A DNA stretch of 64,000 nucleotides from Pseudonocardia sp. (GCA_036272155.1 DATAZG010000057.1:2547-66546), one strand, 5' to 3'; shown: positions 1 through 9,670, numbered from the stretch's first letter. Notes: generated from the sequence alone by a model not told the origin. Program-made: numbers and translations.

Positions 1-1272
1 CTCGAGGACCATCTGCGCGGCTCCGTCGACGAGCTCGTCGCGGGCGGCCTGCGCGCCGACGAGGCGTTCCTGGTCGCGGTGAAGCGCATGGGCAGCCTGG
101 ACGAGCTGTCGCGCGAGTTCGCCCGGGAGCACTCGGAACGGCTGTGGAAGCAGCTCGTGCTCACCGGCGATACCGACACCCCGGCGGCGCGGACCCGGTC
201 GCGGCGTGTCCTGTTCGCGATGGTCGTCTGCGCGGCCGGCGCGGCGGCGTCGATCAAGGTGCCGGAGCTGTTCGGGCTGAGGTTGGCCGAGGACGGCACG
301 TTCTACGGGCCGAACCTCAGCGTGTTGGCGCTGCCGTGGCTAGCCGGCTTCCTGGCCTGGCGCCGCCAGGTCCGCCGCCCGCTGATCGGGGTACTGGTGG
401 CGCTGTTCGCGCTCGGCGCCGCGGCGGCCAACATCTATCCGCTGGCCGAGGCGTCGCAGTCGATCGTCATCAGCAGCATCCACCTGCCCATCGCCCTGTG
501 GCTCGTGGTGGGGCTGGCCTACGTGGCCGACGAGTGGCGCTCGTCCCGCCGACGCATGGACTTCATCCGCTTCACCGGCGAGTGGTTCGTCTACTTCGTC
601 CTCATCGCGCTCGGTGGCGGGGTCCTCACCGCGTTCGTCTTCGGCACCTTCCAGGCCATCGGGATCGACCCGGAGAAGTTCGTCTCGCTCTGGCTGCTGC
701 CCTGCGGCGGCATGGCCGCGACCGTCGTGGCCGGGTGGCTCGTCGAGGCGAAGCAGAGCGTGGTCGAGAACATCGCCCCGGTACTCACGCGGCTGTTCAC
801 CCCGCTGTTCACGGCGGTCCTGCTGGCCTTCCTCGTGGCGATCGTCTGGACCAGCGCCGGCATCGACGTCGAGCGCCAGGCGCTGATCCTGTTCGACCTC
901 CTGCTGGTCGTGGTGCTGGGCCTGCTGCTCTACTCGATCTCGGCCCGCGATCCGTCGGCCCAACCCGGCCTGTTCGACAAGCTGCAGCTCGCCCTCGTGG
1001 TCAGCGCGCTGGCCATCGACGTGCTGGTGCTGGTGGAGATCGCCGGGCGCATCACCGAGTACGGCTCCACGCCCAACCGGACCGCGGCGCTCGGCGAGAA
1101 CGTCATCCTGCTGGCCAACCTCGCCTGCTCGGCGTGGCTGCTGCTGAGGTTCCTCCGTCGGCGCACGCTGTTCGCGGCGCTCGAGCGCTGGCAGACCGGC
1201 TACCTGCCCGTGTACGCGGCGTGGGCCTGGATCGTGGTCCTGGCCTTCCCACCCCTGTTCCGCTACGTCTGA
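1..1272 (+). CDS. Multi-pass membrane protein with permease-prefix/HAAS-like N-terminal domain (5' truncated by window)
   Basis: Frame open from base 1: LEDHLRGSVDELVAGGLRADEAFLVAVKRMG, followed by many hydrophobic segments. Confidence 0.75.
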   Translation, partial: LEDHLRGSVDELVAGGLRADEAFLVAVKRMGSLDELSREFAREHSERLWKQLVLTGDTDTPAARTRSRRVLFAMVVCAAGAAASIKVPELFGLRLAEDGTFYGPNLSVLALPWLAGFLAWRRQVRRPLIGVLVALFALGAAAANIYPLAEASQSIVISSIHLPIALWLVVGLAYVADEWRSSRRRMDFIRFTGEWFVYFVLIALGGGVLTAFVFGTFQAIGIDPEKFVSLWLLPCGGMAATVVAGWLVEAKQSVVENIAPVLTRLFTPLFTAVLLAFLVAIVWTSAGIDVERQALILFDLLLVVVLGLLLYSISARDPSAQPGLFDKLQLALVVSALAIDVLVLVEIAGRITEYGSTPNRTAALGENVILLANLACSAWLLLRFLRRRTLFAALERWQTGYLPVYAAWAWIVVLAFPPLFRYV

Positions 1273-1296
1273 CGCTCCGGGTCATACGATCACCGC

Positions 1297-2199
1297 GTGT
1301 TGAACCCGATCCACCTGCACACATTGCGGGCGTGCGTGCGCACCGGGTCGTTCGCCGAGGCGGCCAGGGAGCTCGGGTACACGTCGTCGGCGGTGTCGCA
1401 GCAGATGTTCCAGCTGGAGCGGTCGGTGGGGGCGGCGCTGTTCGAGCGGTCCGCGCGCAGCGTGCGGCCGACCGCGGTGGCCGAGCTGCTCGCCGAGCGC
1501 AGCGGTGCGGCCCTGGGCGCGCTGAGCACCCTGGAGCGCGAGGCGCGCGCCATGGTCCAGGGCGAGGCGGGCACCCTGCGGCTGGCCAGCTTCGCCACCG
1601 CGAACGCCCGGATCGTGCCGGCCGCGCTCGCCGCCGTGGTGGCGCGGCGGCCGAACTCCGAGGTCCAGCTGGACGAGGGCGAACCGACCGAGGTGCTGGA
1701 CGGCGTGCTCGAGGGCACCCTGGACGCCGCCGTGGTGTTCGACTACGACCGCGACCGCCGGGACTGGCCGGTCGAGCTGCATCGGGCCGAGCTGCTCGTC
1801 GAGCCGTTCGCGCTGGCCGTGCCGCCGGAGCACCCCTTCGCCGGGCGCACCGAGCTGGACCTCGCCGAGGCCGCCGAGGAGACCTGGATCTGCACCAGGG
1901 CGGACACCGCCGGCGCCCGCTCGCTGGCCAGGCTGGCCGCCGACGCCGGCTTCGTGCCGAAGATCGTGTTCCGCAGCAACGACTACGGGGTGATCCGCGA
2001 GCTGGTGGCCAGGCAGCTCGGCGTGGCCATGCTGCCCGCGCTCGCCTGGCCCGACGACGGTATCCGGACCGTGCCGCTCGCCGGCCGCCGCCCGTTCCGC
2101 CAGGTGCTCGTGCTCTACCGGCCGAACAACACCAACCCGATGCTGCCGCTCGCCCTGGACTGCCTCGAGCAGGCCAGCGCCGCCTACCGCTGGGACTAG
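1297..2199 (+). CDS. LysR-family transcriptional regulator
   Basis: N-terminal HTH GSFAEAARELGYTSSAVSQQMFQLE; 300 aa. Confidence 0.95.
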   Translation: MLNPIHLHTLRACVRTGSFAEAARELGYTSSAVSQQMFQLERSVGAALFERSARSVRPTAVAELLAERSGAALGALSTLEREARAMVQGEAGTLRLASFATANARIVPAALAAVVARRPNSEVQLDEGEPTEVLDGVLEGTLDAAVVFDYDRDRRDWPVELHRAELLVEPFALAVPPEHPFAGRTELDLAEAAEETWICTRADTAGARSLARLAADAGFVPKIVFRSNDYGVIRELVARQLGVAMLPALAWPDDGIRTVPLAGRRPFRQVLVLYRPNNTNPMLPLALDCLEQASAAYRWD

Positions 2200-2202
2200 A
2201 AC

Positions 2203-2250
2203 CCCTGTGAGTGGCGAGTGGTCCTATGGGGCCACTCGCCACTCGCAGGG
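2203..2250. repeat. REP-like palindrome family A, copy 1
   Basis: CCCTGTGAGTGGCGAGTGG...CCACTCGCCACTCGCAGGG inverted repeat between convergent genes; near-identical to 4033-4078. Confidence 0.85.
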
Positions 2251-2281
2251 TCACAGGGGCGCGGGCCGGGTTCAGGCACCG

Positions 2282-2890
2282 CTAGCTCGGGCGCGGGGTC
2301 GTCTGGAGCCCTTCGATCAGTGCGGCGGCGGCGGCGCCGAACTCGGCCCGCGCGGTCGCCACGTCCTGGGCCCGCGCGATCGACAGCGCGGCCTCGGTGA
2401 GCGCACCCATCAGCATCTGCGCGATCGGCTCGGCGGGCAGCCGGATGAACTGGCCGCTGTCCATGCCCTGGTTGACCAGCGCGATCATCAGCCCGAGGAA
2501 GTAGCTGCTGTCGATCTCGCGCCAGGCCTCCCAGCCGAGCACGGACGGGGCGTCCAGCAGCACGATCCGCTGGGCGGCGGGGTCCATGCAGCCGTCCAGG
2601 AACGCCTCCACCCCGACGCGCCAGAACGGCTGTGCCGGGTCGGCCGCTCCGACCGCCTCCAGCACGCGCTGGTGGATCTCCTGCTCGACGAGCTCGAACA
2701 CCGCCTGGAACAGCGCGCGCTTGCCGTCGAAGTGGTGGTACAGCGCGCCCCGGGTGAGACCGGCCTCGCGCGCCAGCTCCTCGGTCGACGTGGCTTCGAA
2801 GCCGCGCTCGGTGAACAGGCGTCGCCCGGTGCTGATCAGCAGCTGTTGGGTCGACTCCGAGCGCTCCGCTTGCGTCCGACGGTTCCTCAC
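2282..2890 (-). CDS. TetR-family regulator (start GTG 2890; alternative ATG 2920)
   Basis: GRRLFTERGFEATSTEELAREAGLTRGALYHHF HTH. Confidence 0.92.
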   Translation of the reverse strand: MRNRRTQAERSESTQQLLISTGRRLFTERGFEATSTEELAREAGLTRGALYHHFDGKRALFQAVFELVEQEIHQRVLEAVGAADPAQPFWRVGVEAFLDGCMDPAAQRIVLLDAPSVLGWEAWREIDSSYFLGLMIALVNQGMDSGQFIRLPAEPIAQMLMGALTEAALSIARAQDVATARAEFGAAAAALIEGLQTTPRPS

Positions 2891-2916
2891 CGCGCGGGAG
2901 CTTAGCTCTTGCTCAA

Positions 2917-2941
2917 ACATACATACTGCTGGTATGTATGT
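2917..2941. promoter_or_regulatory. Probable TetR operator
   Basis: Perfect inverted repeat ACATACATAC-N5-GTATGTATGT between divergent tetR and the SnoaL-like genes. Confidence 0.8.
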
Positions 2942-2981
2942 GGGACACGTTCCGACTCGGTCCGACGAAGGGATCCCGACG

Positions 2982-3518
2982 ATGGCGACCAGACCGGCGA
3001 CCAGACCGGCGACCAGACCCACCCCGGTGCGTGCACCCACCCGGGCCACGCTCCCCGCCGACCCCGCCGCGTTCGTGGCGGCCGCCGAGCAGAGCACCAA
3101 CGACCGGGACGCGGCCGCCGTGGCCGCGGTGTTCGCGCTGGACGCGGACTCGGTGATGATCACGGACGGCGCCGTGGAGCGCTACCACGGTCGTGAGCAC
3201 ATCCACCGGGCCTGGCAGGCGCTGCTCGCCGCACTGGCGCGCCGCCACCTCTTCCTGGCCAAGGAGCTGGTCACGGCCGGCGACGGGGTGATCGTCAACA
3301 ACTGGCGCGGCTCGCTGAACGGGCGCACCGACGCCCGGGGCCTCGAGGTGTGGCACTTCGACGAGCACGGGCTGGTCCGCGAGCACCAGCTGTACAGCTA
3401 CCTCAGTGTGCGCCCGGCCAGCCACCTGCTGACCCGGTTGAAGCTGGGGCTGGCCTACCCGAGAACCGGGCTCACGCTCCTGCGCGAGCAGCGCCGGGCC
3501 GGGGTGCGGCCGCTGTGA
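2982..3518 (+). CDS. SnoaL/NTF2-like protein
   Basis: ATG 2982; AAVFALDA...GREHIHRAW...EVWHFDEHGLVREH; N-terminal ATRP x3 encoded by a 12-bp tandem repeat. Confidence 0.8.
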   Translation: MATRPATRPATRPTPVRAPTRATLPADPAAFVAAAEQSTNDRDAAAVAAVFALDADSVMITDGAVERYHGREHIHRAWQALLAALARRHLFLAKELVTAGDGVIVNNWRGSLNGRTDARGLEVWHFDEHGLVREHQLYSYLSVRPASHLLTRLKLGLAYPRTGLTLLREQRRAGVRPL

Positions 3519-4027
3519 CCGGGCAGGTGGCCGGCGGCCGGCACGGGGGAGCGGCCGGCGATGTTGAGGTCGAGGCTGGGGGGCTCGAACTCGGCGAGGT
3601 CGACGCGGCCGAGGTCGAGGCCGAGCGGTTTGTGCGGCGCTTCGGCGAGGTCTGGGCCGCGCCGAGCCCGGAGCGGTTGAACTCGCTGGTGCACCCGGAT
3701 GCGGTGTTCGTCCAGCCGATCGAGCGGGAGGTGCACGGCCATGCCGAGGCCGCCGCGTTCTGGCGGCGGCTGTTCCGGCTGGTCCCGGACCTGCGTGGTG
3801 AGATCGTCAGCTGGGGACACCGGGGCGCCGTCGTCTACATCGAGGTGCGTTTGACCGGCACTCTGGGCGGCCGGCCGATCGAGTGGACCAGCCTCGACCG
3901 GATCCAGCTCGACGCCGGCAAGGTCCGGCACCGCGGCGCCAACTTCGACCCGCTGCCGCTGATCGGGGCCATCGCGCTGCGCCCGAAGGCGCTGGCCCTG
4001 TTCCTCCTGACCCGGGTGCGCCGCTGA
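3515..4027 (+). CDS. SnoaL/NTF2-like protein
   Basis: GTGA overlap with upstream gene; FVRRFGEVW...LVHPDAVFVQP...DRIQLDAGKV. Confidence 0.8.
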   Translation: MTGQVAGGRHGGAAGDVEVEAGGLELGEVDAAEVEAERFVRRFGEVWAAPSPERLNSLVHPDAVFVQPIEREVHGHAEAAAFWRRLFRLVPDLRGEIVSWGHRGAVVYIEVRLTGTLGGRPIEWTSLDRIQLDAGKVRHRGANFDPLPLIGAIALRPKALALFLLTRVRR

Positions 4028-4032
4028 GGGGA

Positions 4033-4078
4033 CCCGTGAGTGGCGAGTTGGGTCATAGCCCCACTCGCCACTCACGGG
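4033..4078. repeat. REP-like palindrome family A, copy 2
   Basis: CCCGTGAGTGGCGAGT...ACTCGCCACTCACGGG. Confidence 0.85.
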
Positions 4079-4179
4079 GTCCGGGGGCCGCAGGGTCAGG
4101 GGCGCTGGGGCTCAGCCGGACGGACCATGGGGCTGGGGCCTCTTGGCTCCGGCGCGCGCACGGACGAAGCTGCGTACTG

Positions 4180-6405
4180 ATGAGCGAGCCGATTGACGAC
4201 TACTTCAGGTCCGCCGTGCTGGCGCCTCCGGCCGGTGGGGCGTTGCCCGACGGATTGACGGCGGAGCGGGCGCTGGCGCTGTTCGACGCCCAGCTGGGTA
4301 GCCGGCACCTCGATCTGGCGGCCCGCACACTCGGTTCGCGGGGCGACGGTTTCTACAGCATCGGCTCGTCCGGGCACGAGGGCAACGCCGCCGTGGCCGC
4401 CGCGCTGCGCCCGACCGACCCCGCGCTGCTGCACTACCGCTCCGGCGGGTTCTACCTGGCCAGGGCCGCGCAGCTGCCGGGGCAGACCCCGTTGCGGGAC
4501 GTGCTGCTCGGCATCACCGGCGCGGTCGACGAGCCGATCTCGGGCGGCCGGCACAAGGTGTTCGGCAACAAGGCGCTGGCGGTCATCCCGCAGACGTCCA
4601 CGATCGCCTCGCACCTGCCGAGGGCGGTCGGCCTGGCGTTCGCGCTGGAGCGCGCCGCGAAGCTCGGGGTTACCCCGGAGTGGCCGGCCGACTCGGTGGT
4701 GGTGTGCAGCTTCGGGGACGCCTCGGCCAACCACTCGACGGCGGTCGGCGCGATCAACACCGCGCTGCAGCTGGGTTTCCGGGGGCTGCCGCTGCCGCTG
4801 CTTTTTGTGTGCGAGGACAACGGCATCGGGATCAGCGTGCGGACCCCGGACGGCTGGATCGAGCGGGCGTACTCCGACCGGCCGGGGCTGCGCTACGTCG
4901 ACGCGGACGGCTCGGACCTGGCCGCCTCGCTGGCCGCCGCCGAGGACGCGGTGCACTGGGTGCGGACGCGGCGGGCGCCGGTGTTCCTGCGGCTGCGCAC
5001 CGTGCGGCTGATGGGGCACGCCGGCTCGGACGTGGAGCTGGCTTACCGGGGCGCCGGCGAGATCACCGCCGACTACCCGCGTGACCCGGTGACCCGGACG
5101 GCGCGGCTGCTCGTCGACGCCGGCGTGCTCACTCCTGAGCAGGCACAGCGGCGCTACGAGGACAAGCGTGACGAGGTGCGGCGGATCGCGGAGGACGCGG
5201 TCGGGCGGCGCCGGCTGGCGTCGGCGGGTGAGGTGACCGCCCCACTGGCCCCGTCCCGCCTCGACCGGGTGGCCGCCACGGCCTCCTCCGTCGCCGACCG
5301 GGCCACCCGGCTGCGCGCCTTCGGCGTCGGCGCGGGCGGCGGTACCGGCGGCGCGGGCGGCCAGCTGCCGGAGCGGGGTGCCGCGCTGACCCTGGCGCAG
5401 GCGATCAACCACGGGCTGGCCGACGTGCTGGCCAAGGACTCCGGCGCCGTGCTGTTCGGCGAGGACGTGGCGGTCAAGGGCGGGGTGTACGGGGTCACCC
5501 GGGGGCTGCGCAAGCGGTTCGGCGCGGCGCGGGTGTTCGACTCGCTGCTCGACGAGCAGAGCATCCTGGGTACCGGGCTGGGCCTCGGGCTGGCCGGCTT
5601 CCTGCCGATCGTCGAGATCCAGTACCTGGCCTACCTGCACAACGCCGCCGACCAGCTGCGCGGTGAGGCCGCCACGCTGCGCTTCTTCTCCCAGGGGCAG
5701 TACCGCAACCCGCTGCTCGTGCGCATCGCCGGCTACGCCTACCAGCGGGGCTTCGGCGGCCACTTCCACAACGACAACGGGGTGGCGGCGCTGCGGGACA
5801 TCCCGGGTCTGGTGGTCGCCTCGCCGGCCCGCCCGGACGACGCGGCCGCCATGCTGCGGACCTGCGCGGCGGCGGCCCGCGAGGACGGCCGGGTCTGCGT
5901 GTGGCTCGAGCCGATCGCCCTGTACCACACCCGTGACCTGCACGAACCCGGCGACGACGGCTGGCTCGCGCGGTACCCCGACCCGGCCGACTGGGCGGCG
6001 ACGCACGTACCGCTCGGGCGCGGCCGGACCTACGGCGACGGCGCCGACCTGACCCTGGTCAGCTTCGCCAACGGGCTGCGGATGAGCCTGCGGGTGGCCC
6101 GGCGGCTGGCCGAGCGCGGCATCGGCGCCCGGGTGCTGGACCTGCGCTGGCTCGCCCCGTTGCCGGTCGCCGACATCCTGCGCGAGGCCGACGCGACCGG
6201 CCGGGTGCTCGTGGTCGACGAGACCAGGGAGACCGGCGGCGTGTCCGAGCAGGTGCTCACCGCACTGGTCGACGCTCGGTTCAACGGTTACGCCGCCCGG
6301 GTGACCAGCGCGGACAGCTTCATCCCGCTCGGCCCTGCCGCGAACCACGTGCTGCTGTCCGAGCGCGACATCGAGAAGGCGGCGCTGGACCTGCTGCACC
6401 GCTGA
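4180..6405 (+). CDS. Fused E1 alpha/beta 2-oxoacid dehydrogenase (ThDP-dependent)
   Basis: YSIGSSGHE, FGDAS...EDN ThDP motif, GEDVAVKGGVYGVT, EIQYLAY, GGHFH; ATG 4180. Confidence 0.9.
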   Translation: MSEPIDDYFRSAVLAPPAGGALPDGLTAERALALFDAQLGSRHLDLAARTLGSRGDGFYSIGSSGHEGNAAVAAALRPTDPALLHYRSGGFYLARAAQLPGQTPLRDVLLGITGAVDEPISGGRHKVFGNKALAVIPQTSTIASHLPRAVGLAFALERAAKLGVTPEWPADSVVVCSFGDASANHSTAVGAINTALQLGFRGLPLPLLFVCEDNGIGISVRTPDGWIERAYSDRPGLRYVDADGSDLAASLAAAEDAVHWVRTRRAPVFLRLRTVRLMGHAGSDVELAYRGAGEITADYPRDPVTRTARLLVDAGVLTPEQAQRRYEDKRDEVRRIAEDAVGRRRLASAGEVTAPLAPSRLDRVAATASSVADRATRLRAFGVGAGGGTGGAGGQLPERGAALTLAQAINHGLADVLAKDSGAVLFGEDVAVKGGVYGVTRGLRKRFGAARVFDSLLDEQSILGTGLGLGLAGFLPIVEIQYLAYLHNAADQLRGEAATLRFFSQGQYRNPLLVRIAGYAYQRGFGGHFHNDNGVAALRDIPGLVVASPARPDDAAAMLRTCAAAAREDGRVCVWLEPIALYHTRDLHEPGDDGWLARYPDPADWAATHVPLGRGRTYGDGADLTLVSFANGLRMSLRVARRLAERGIGARVLDLRWLAPLPVADILREADATGRVLVVDETRETGGVSEQVLTALVDARFNGYAARVTSADSFIPLGPAANHVLLSERDIEKAALDLLHR

Positions 6406-6470
6406 TCCCGTCCTAGATGACCGCCATAGATGCCGTTGCGGTTATATTCTTGGATGGCTATGTTGGTGGC

Positions 6471-6842
6471 GTGTCCAGTTCGTTCGAGGTGCTCGCCGAG
6501 CCGACCCGGCGGCGGATCCTGGATCTGTTGCTGGTCCGCCCCAGGCTGGTCGGCGAGCTCACCGAGGCGCTCGGGCTGAGCCAGCCCGGTACCTCCAAGC
6601 ACCTGCGGGTGCTGCGCGAGGCCGGCCTGGTCCGGGTCCGCGCCGAGGCGCAACGCCGCTGGTACGAGCTCCGGCCCGAGCCGCTGGTCGAGCTGGACGC
6701 CTGGCTCGCGCCGTACCGCCGGCTCTGGGAGCACCACCTGGACGCACTCGAGCGCCACCTGGACGCGATGCCCGACTCCGCCGGCACCGCTGGCTCTGAG
6801 TCCGGTACTGAAGCTGACTCTGGAAGCGAGGAACCGTCCTGA
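6471..6842 (+). CDS. ArsR/SmtB-family regulator
   Basis: FEVLAEPTRRRILDLL...SQPGTSKHLRVLREAGLV; TATGTT 6 nt before GTG (leaderless-like). Confidence 0.92.
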   Translation: MSSSFEVLAEPTRRRILDLLLVRPRLVGELTEALGLSQPGTSKHLRVLREAGLVRVRAEAQRRWYELRPEPLVELDAWLAPYRRLWEHHLDALERHLDAMPDSAGTAGSESGTEADSGSEEPS

Positions 6843-7723
6843 CCGATACGACGCTGTGCACCGAGGACGGACGCCCCACGCTGCGCATCGAGCGCGCCCT
6901 GCGCCACCCCGTGGCGAAGGTCTGGCGGGCGCTGACCGAGCCGTCGCAGCTCAACCAGTGGTTCCCGTTCGAGGTCGAGACCGCGCTCGCGGTCGGCGCC
7001 GAGATGCGGTTCGTGGACAAGCGCGGTGGCCCGTCCGGCACCGGCACGATCACCGAGCTGGACCCGCCGAGGCTGCTCGGCTACACCTGGGCGGGCGACC
7101 ACCTGCGCTGGGAGCTGAGCCCGACGCCCGGCGGCAGCCTGCTCGTGCTGACGCACACGATCGCGGACCGGTTCGGCGCCGCCAGCTTCGCCTCGGGGTG
7201 GCACGTGTGCCTCGACGGGCTCGAGTCGGTGCTGGTCGACCGGGCGGTGGCGCCGCCCGGAGACATGGACGCCGCGCACGAGCGCTGGCTCTCGGAGCTC
7301 GGGCTGGCCGACGCGGAGGTGACCGACGGCCCGGGCGGCTGGCGGGTCCGGTTCGAACGCCAGCTCGTCCGCCCCGCCGACCTGGCCTGGCACGAGCTCG
7401 TCGCCCCCGACTCGGTGGCGCCGGCCGTGGGCGGCACCGTGCCCGAGGGTGCGCTGATCGACCTGCCTGACGCCGACCCCACCGCCGGGCGGGTCACCGA
7501 GCTGGTGCCCACCGAGGTGCTCGCGTACTCGTGGCCGGCCGAGGGGGCGGCGACCGGCCAGGTCCGCTGGGAGCTGAGCCAGGGCACCGGGCACGGCGCG
7601 AGGCTGATCCTGACGCTGACCGGTCCGTCCGAGCCCGCCTCAGCCCGCAAAGCCGCCCAGACCGGCGCCGAGCAACGCATCGCCATGTTGGCCGCCGCCC
7701 TCCGCAACACCCCGCGCCCCTGA
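6839..7723 (+). CDS. SRPBCC/AHSA1 domain protein (two domains); probable CTG start
   Basis: Family-typical N-terminus DGRPTLRIERALRHPVAKVWRALT lies upstream of the ORF-track start; CTG 6839 overlaps the arsR TGA with GAGGA upstream. Confidence 0.82.
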   Translation: MTDTTLCTEDGRPTLRIERALRHPVAKVWRALTEPSQLNQWFPFEVETALAVGAEMRFVDKRGGPSGTGTITELDPPRLLGYTWAGDHLRWELSPTPGGSLLVLTHTIADRFGAASFASGWHVCLDGLESVLVDRAVAPPGDMDAAHERWLSELGLADAEVTDGPGGWRVRFERQLVRPADLAWHELVAPDSVAPAVGGTVPEGALIDLPDADPTAGRVTELVPTEVLAYSWPAEGAATGQVRWELSQGTGHGARLILTLTGPSEPASARKAAQTGAEQRIAMLAAALRNTPRP

Positions 7724-7747
7724 GCTCGCCGCCGCCCCCAACCTGGT

Positions 7748-7815
7748 CGACCTGTCGTTGGAATTAGGCGCGACAAGTGGCACTTGTCGCGTCAATTAGC
7801 CGCGACAAGTCGGAC
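7748..7815. repeat. REP-like family B (ACTTGTCG...CGACAAGT tandem hairpins), copy 1
   Basis: Two adjacent hairpins; similar to 23359-23428. Confidence 0.75.
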
Positions 7816-7829
7816 GGGGTGAGCCTCGG

Positions 7830-8603
7830 CTACGCCTGGGCCCAGGACGGCTTGCGCTTCTCGACGAAGGCCCGGATGCCTTCCTGGCCCTCCTCGGAGG
7901 CGAACCGGGCGGCGGACAGCGCGGTCATGGCGGCGAGGTCGTCGGCCATCGTGCTGGTCGCCGGGCCGCGCAGCAGCTCCTTGGTGGCGGCGAGCGCGCC
8001 GGGGGCGCCGAGGCGGAGCATCGAGGCGTAGCGCAGGACCTCGGCGTCCAGCTGGTCGGCCGGCACCGCCTTGGTGATCAGGCCGATCTCGGCGGCCCGC
8101 GCCGCGTCGAACGCCTCGCCGGTGAGGAACAGCTCGTACAGCGCGGCCGGCTGTACCTGGGGGATCAGCGGCACCGAGATCACCGCCGGCACGACCCCGA
8201 TGCGCACCTCGGAGAACGCGAACGTGACCTCCGAGGCGGCCAGCGCGAGGTCACACGCCGCGACGAGGCCGACCCCACCGGCGCGCGCCGGGCCGGCCAG
8301 CTTGGCGATCACCGGAGTCGGCGAGTTCCAGATCAGCCGCAGGGTGTCCGGGAAGTCGTTGACGCCCTGGTTGTCGGCGCTGGCGCCGCGCGACTCCTTG
8401 AGGTCCATGCCGGAGCAGAACACCGTGCCGGTGTGGGTCAGCACGATGACCCTGACCTGGTCGGACGTGGTGGCGGTGGTCAGCCGGTCGCGCAGCTCGC
8501 CGCGCAGCCGGGTGGACAGCGCGTTGCGGTTGGGCGGCGAGTCCAGCGTGATCGTGGCGACCCCGGAGTCGATCTCGAGGTGCACCAGCTCGGTGTCCGT
8601 CAT
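7830..8603 (-). CDS. Enoyl-CoA hydratase/crotonase family
   Basis: ITLDSPPNRNALS, FCSGMDL, AGGVGLVAACD, SEVRIG. Confidence 0.93.
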   Translation of the reverse strand: MTDTELVHLEIDSGVATITLDSPPNRNALSTRLRGELRDRLTTATTSDQVRVIVLTHTGTVFCSGMDLKESRGASADNQGVNDFPDTLRLIWNSPTPVIAKLAGPARAGGVGLVAACDLALAASEVTFAFSEVRIGVVPAVISVPLIPQVQPAALYELFLTGEAFDAARAAEIGLITKAVPADQLDAEVLRYASMLRLGAPGALAATKELLRGPATSTMADDLAAMTALSAARFASEEGQEGIRAFVEKRKPSWAQA

Positions 8604-9670
8604 GTCTGGACGCTATCCGGCGCCGGCCCGGTTGTCGTGCCGACCCGCATCCACACGGGCAGGGTCACGTCGGTGGGCTGGCGGCCGGCGAGCAGGTCGA
8701 GCACGGCGCGGGCGGCGGTGCGGCCCTTCTCGTCGCTGGGCTGCACGACGGTGCTGAGCACGGTCGGGCGCAGCCACGGCAGGTCGGCGCCGTCGAAGCC
8801 GGCCACGCTGACGTCCTCCGGAACCCGCAGCCCGAGCTCGGCCGCCGCCCGCAGCACCCCGGCGGCGAGCAGGTCGCTCTGCGCCAGCACCGCAGTGGGG
8901 CGCCGCGCCGCCGGGACGTCCAGCAGGGCGCGGCCGGCGCGGACCCCCTCGTCGACCACGTTGCTGGCGGTCTCCATGGCGGGCGCCGGCCCGAACACAT
9001 CAAAAACCCCGGCCAGCCGCTTGAACACGACGCGGTACATGCCGGCGGCCTCGCGGTCGGCGTCCACCAGGCCCCGGGTGCCGTCCAGCCGCAGCGGCAT
9101 CGTGACCGTGGCGACCCGGCGGTGCCCGAGGTCGCGCAGGTGGCGGGCGAGCTCGGCGGTGCCCCTGCGGTCGTCGATGTCGATCAGTGGCAGGCCCTCC
9201 ATCACGGGACCCTCCACAGCGACCACCGGCACCGCCCGCCGCCGCAGCAGCGCCAGTGCCGGGTCGCCCGCCATGCCGCAGGTGGCGAAGATGGCGGCGT
9301 CCAGCGGGATGCGGGCCAACTGCTCCTGGGCGGGCCGGCCGGCGTCCCCGGCGAGCAGCAGCAGCCCGACGCCGTGCGGGCTGAGCACCTCCGTGATGCC
9401 GTCGAGCAGCTGGATGGCCTCGGGGTCGCGGAACGCGTAGAGCAGCCGCTCACCGACGAACGTGCCGACCACCCCGGTGCGGCGCCGGCGCAGCGAAGCG
9501 GCCAGCGGGTCGGGCCCGGCGTAACCGAGCTCCTGGGCCGCGGTGAACACCCGCTGCCGGGTGTCCGGGGCGACCCGGGAGCTGCCGGCGAACGCCAGCG
9601 ACGCCGTCGACGGCGACACACCGGCCCGCGCGGCCACCGACGCGAGTGTGGGTCGGGTGTGGCTGGGCAC
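8600..9670 (-). CDS. LacI-family regulator
   Basis: PTLASVAARAGVSPSTASLAF; VPEDVSVAGFD; GTG 9670. Confidence 0.93.
   Translation of the reverse strand: MPSHTRPTLASVAARAGVSPSTASLAFAGSSRVAPDTRQRVFTAAQELGYAGPDPLAASLRRRRTGVVGTFVGERLLYAFRDPEAIQLLDGITEVLSPHGVGLLLLAGDAGRPAQEQLARIPLDAAIFATCGMAGDPALALLRRRAVPVVAVEGPVMEGLPLIDIDDRRGTAELARHLRDLGHRRVATVTMPLRLDGTRGLVDADREAAGMYRVVFKRLAGVFDVFGPAPAMETASNVVDEGVRAGRALLDVPAARRPTAVLAQSDLLAAGVLRAAAELGLRVPEDVSVAGFDGADLPWLRPTVLSTVVQPSDEKGRTAARAVLDLLAGRQPTDVTLPVWMRVGTTTGPAPDSVQT

Noticed and set aside
144-2210. Long Arg/Gly/Pro-rich alternative-frame and antisense ORFs (here and throughout, e.g. 29876-32758, 15997-18099)
   Set aside because: Shadow ORFs expected in very GC-rich DNA; they overlap genes with clear motifs and have no recognisable domains.
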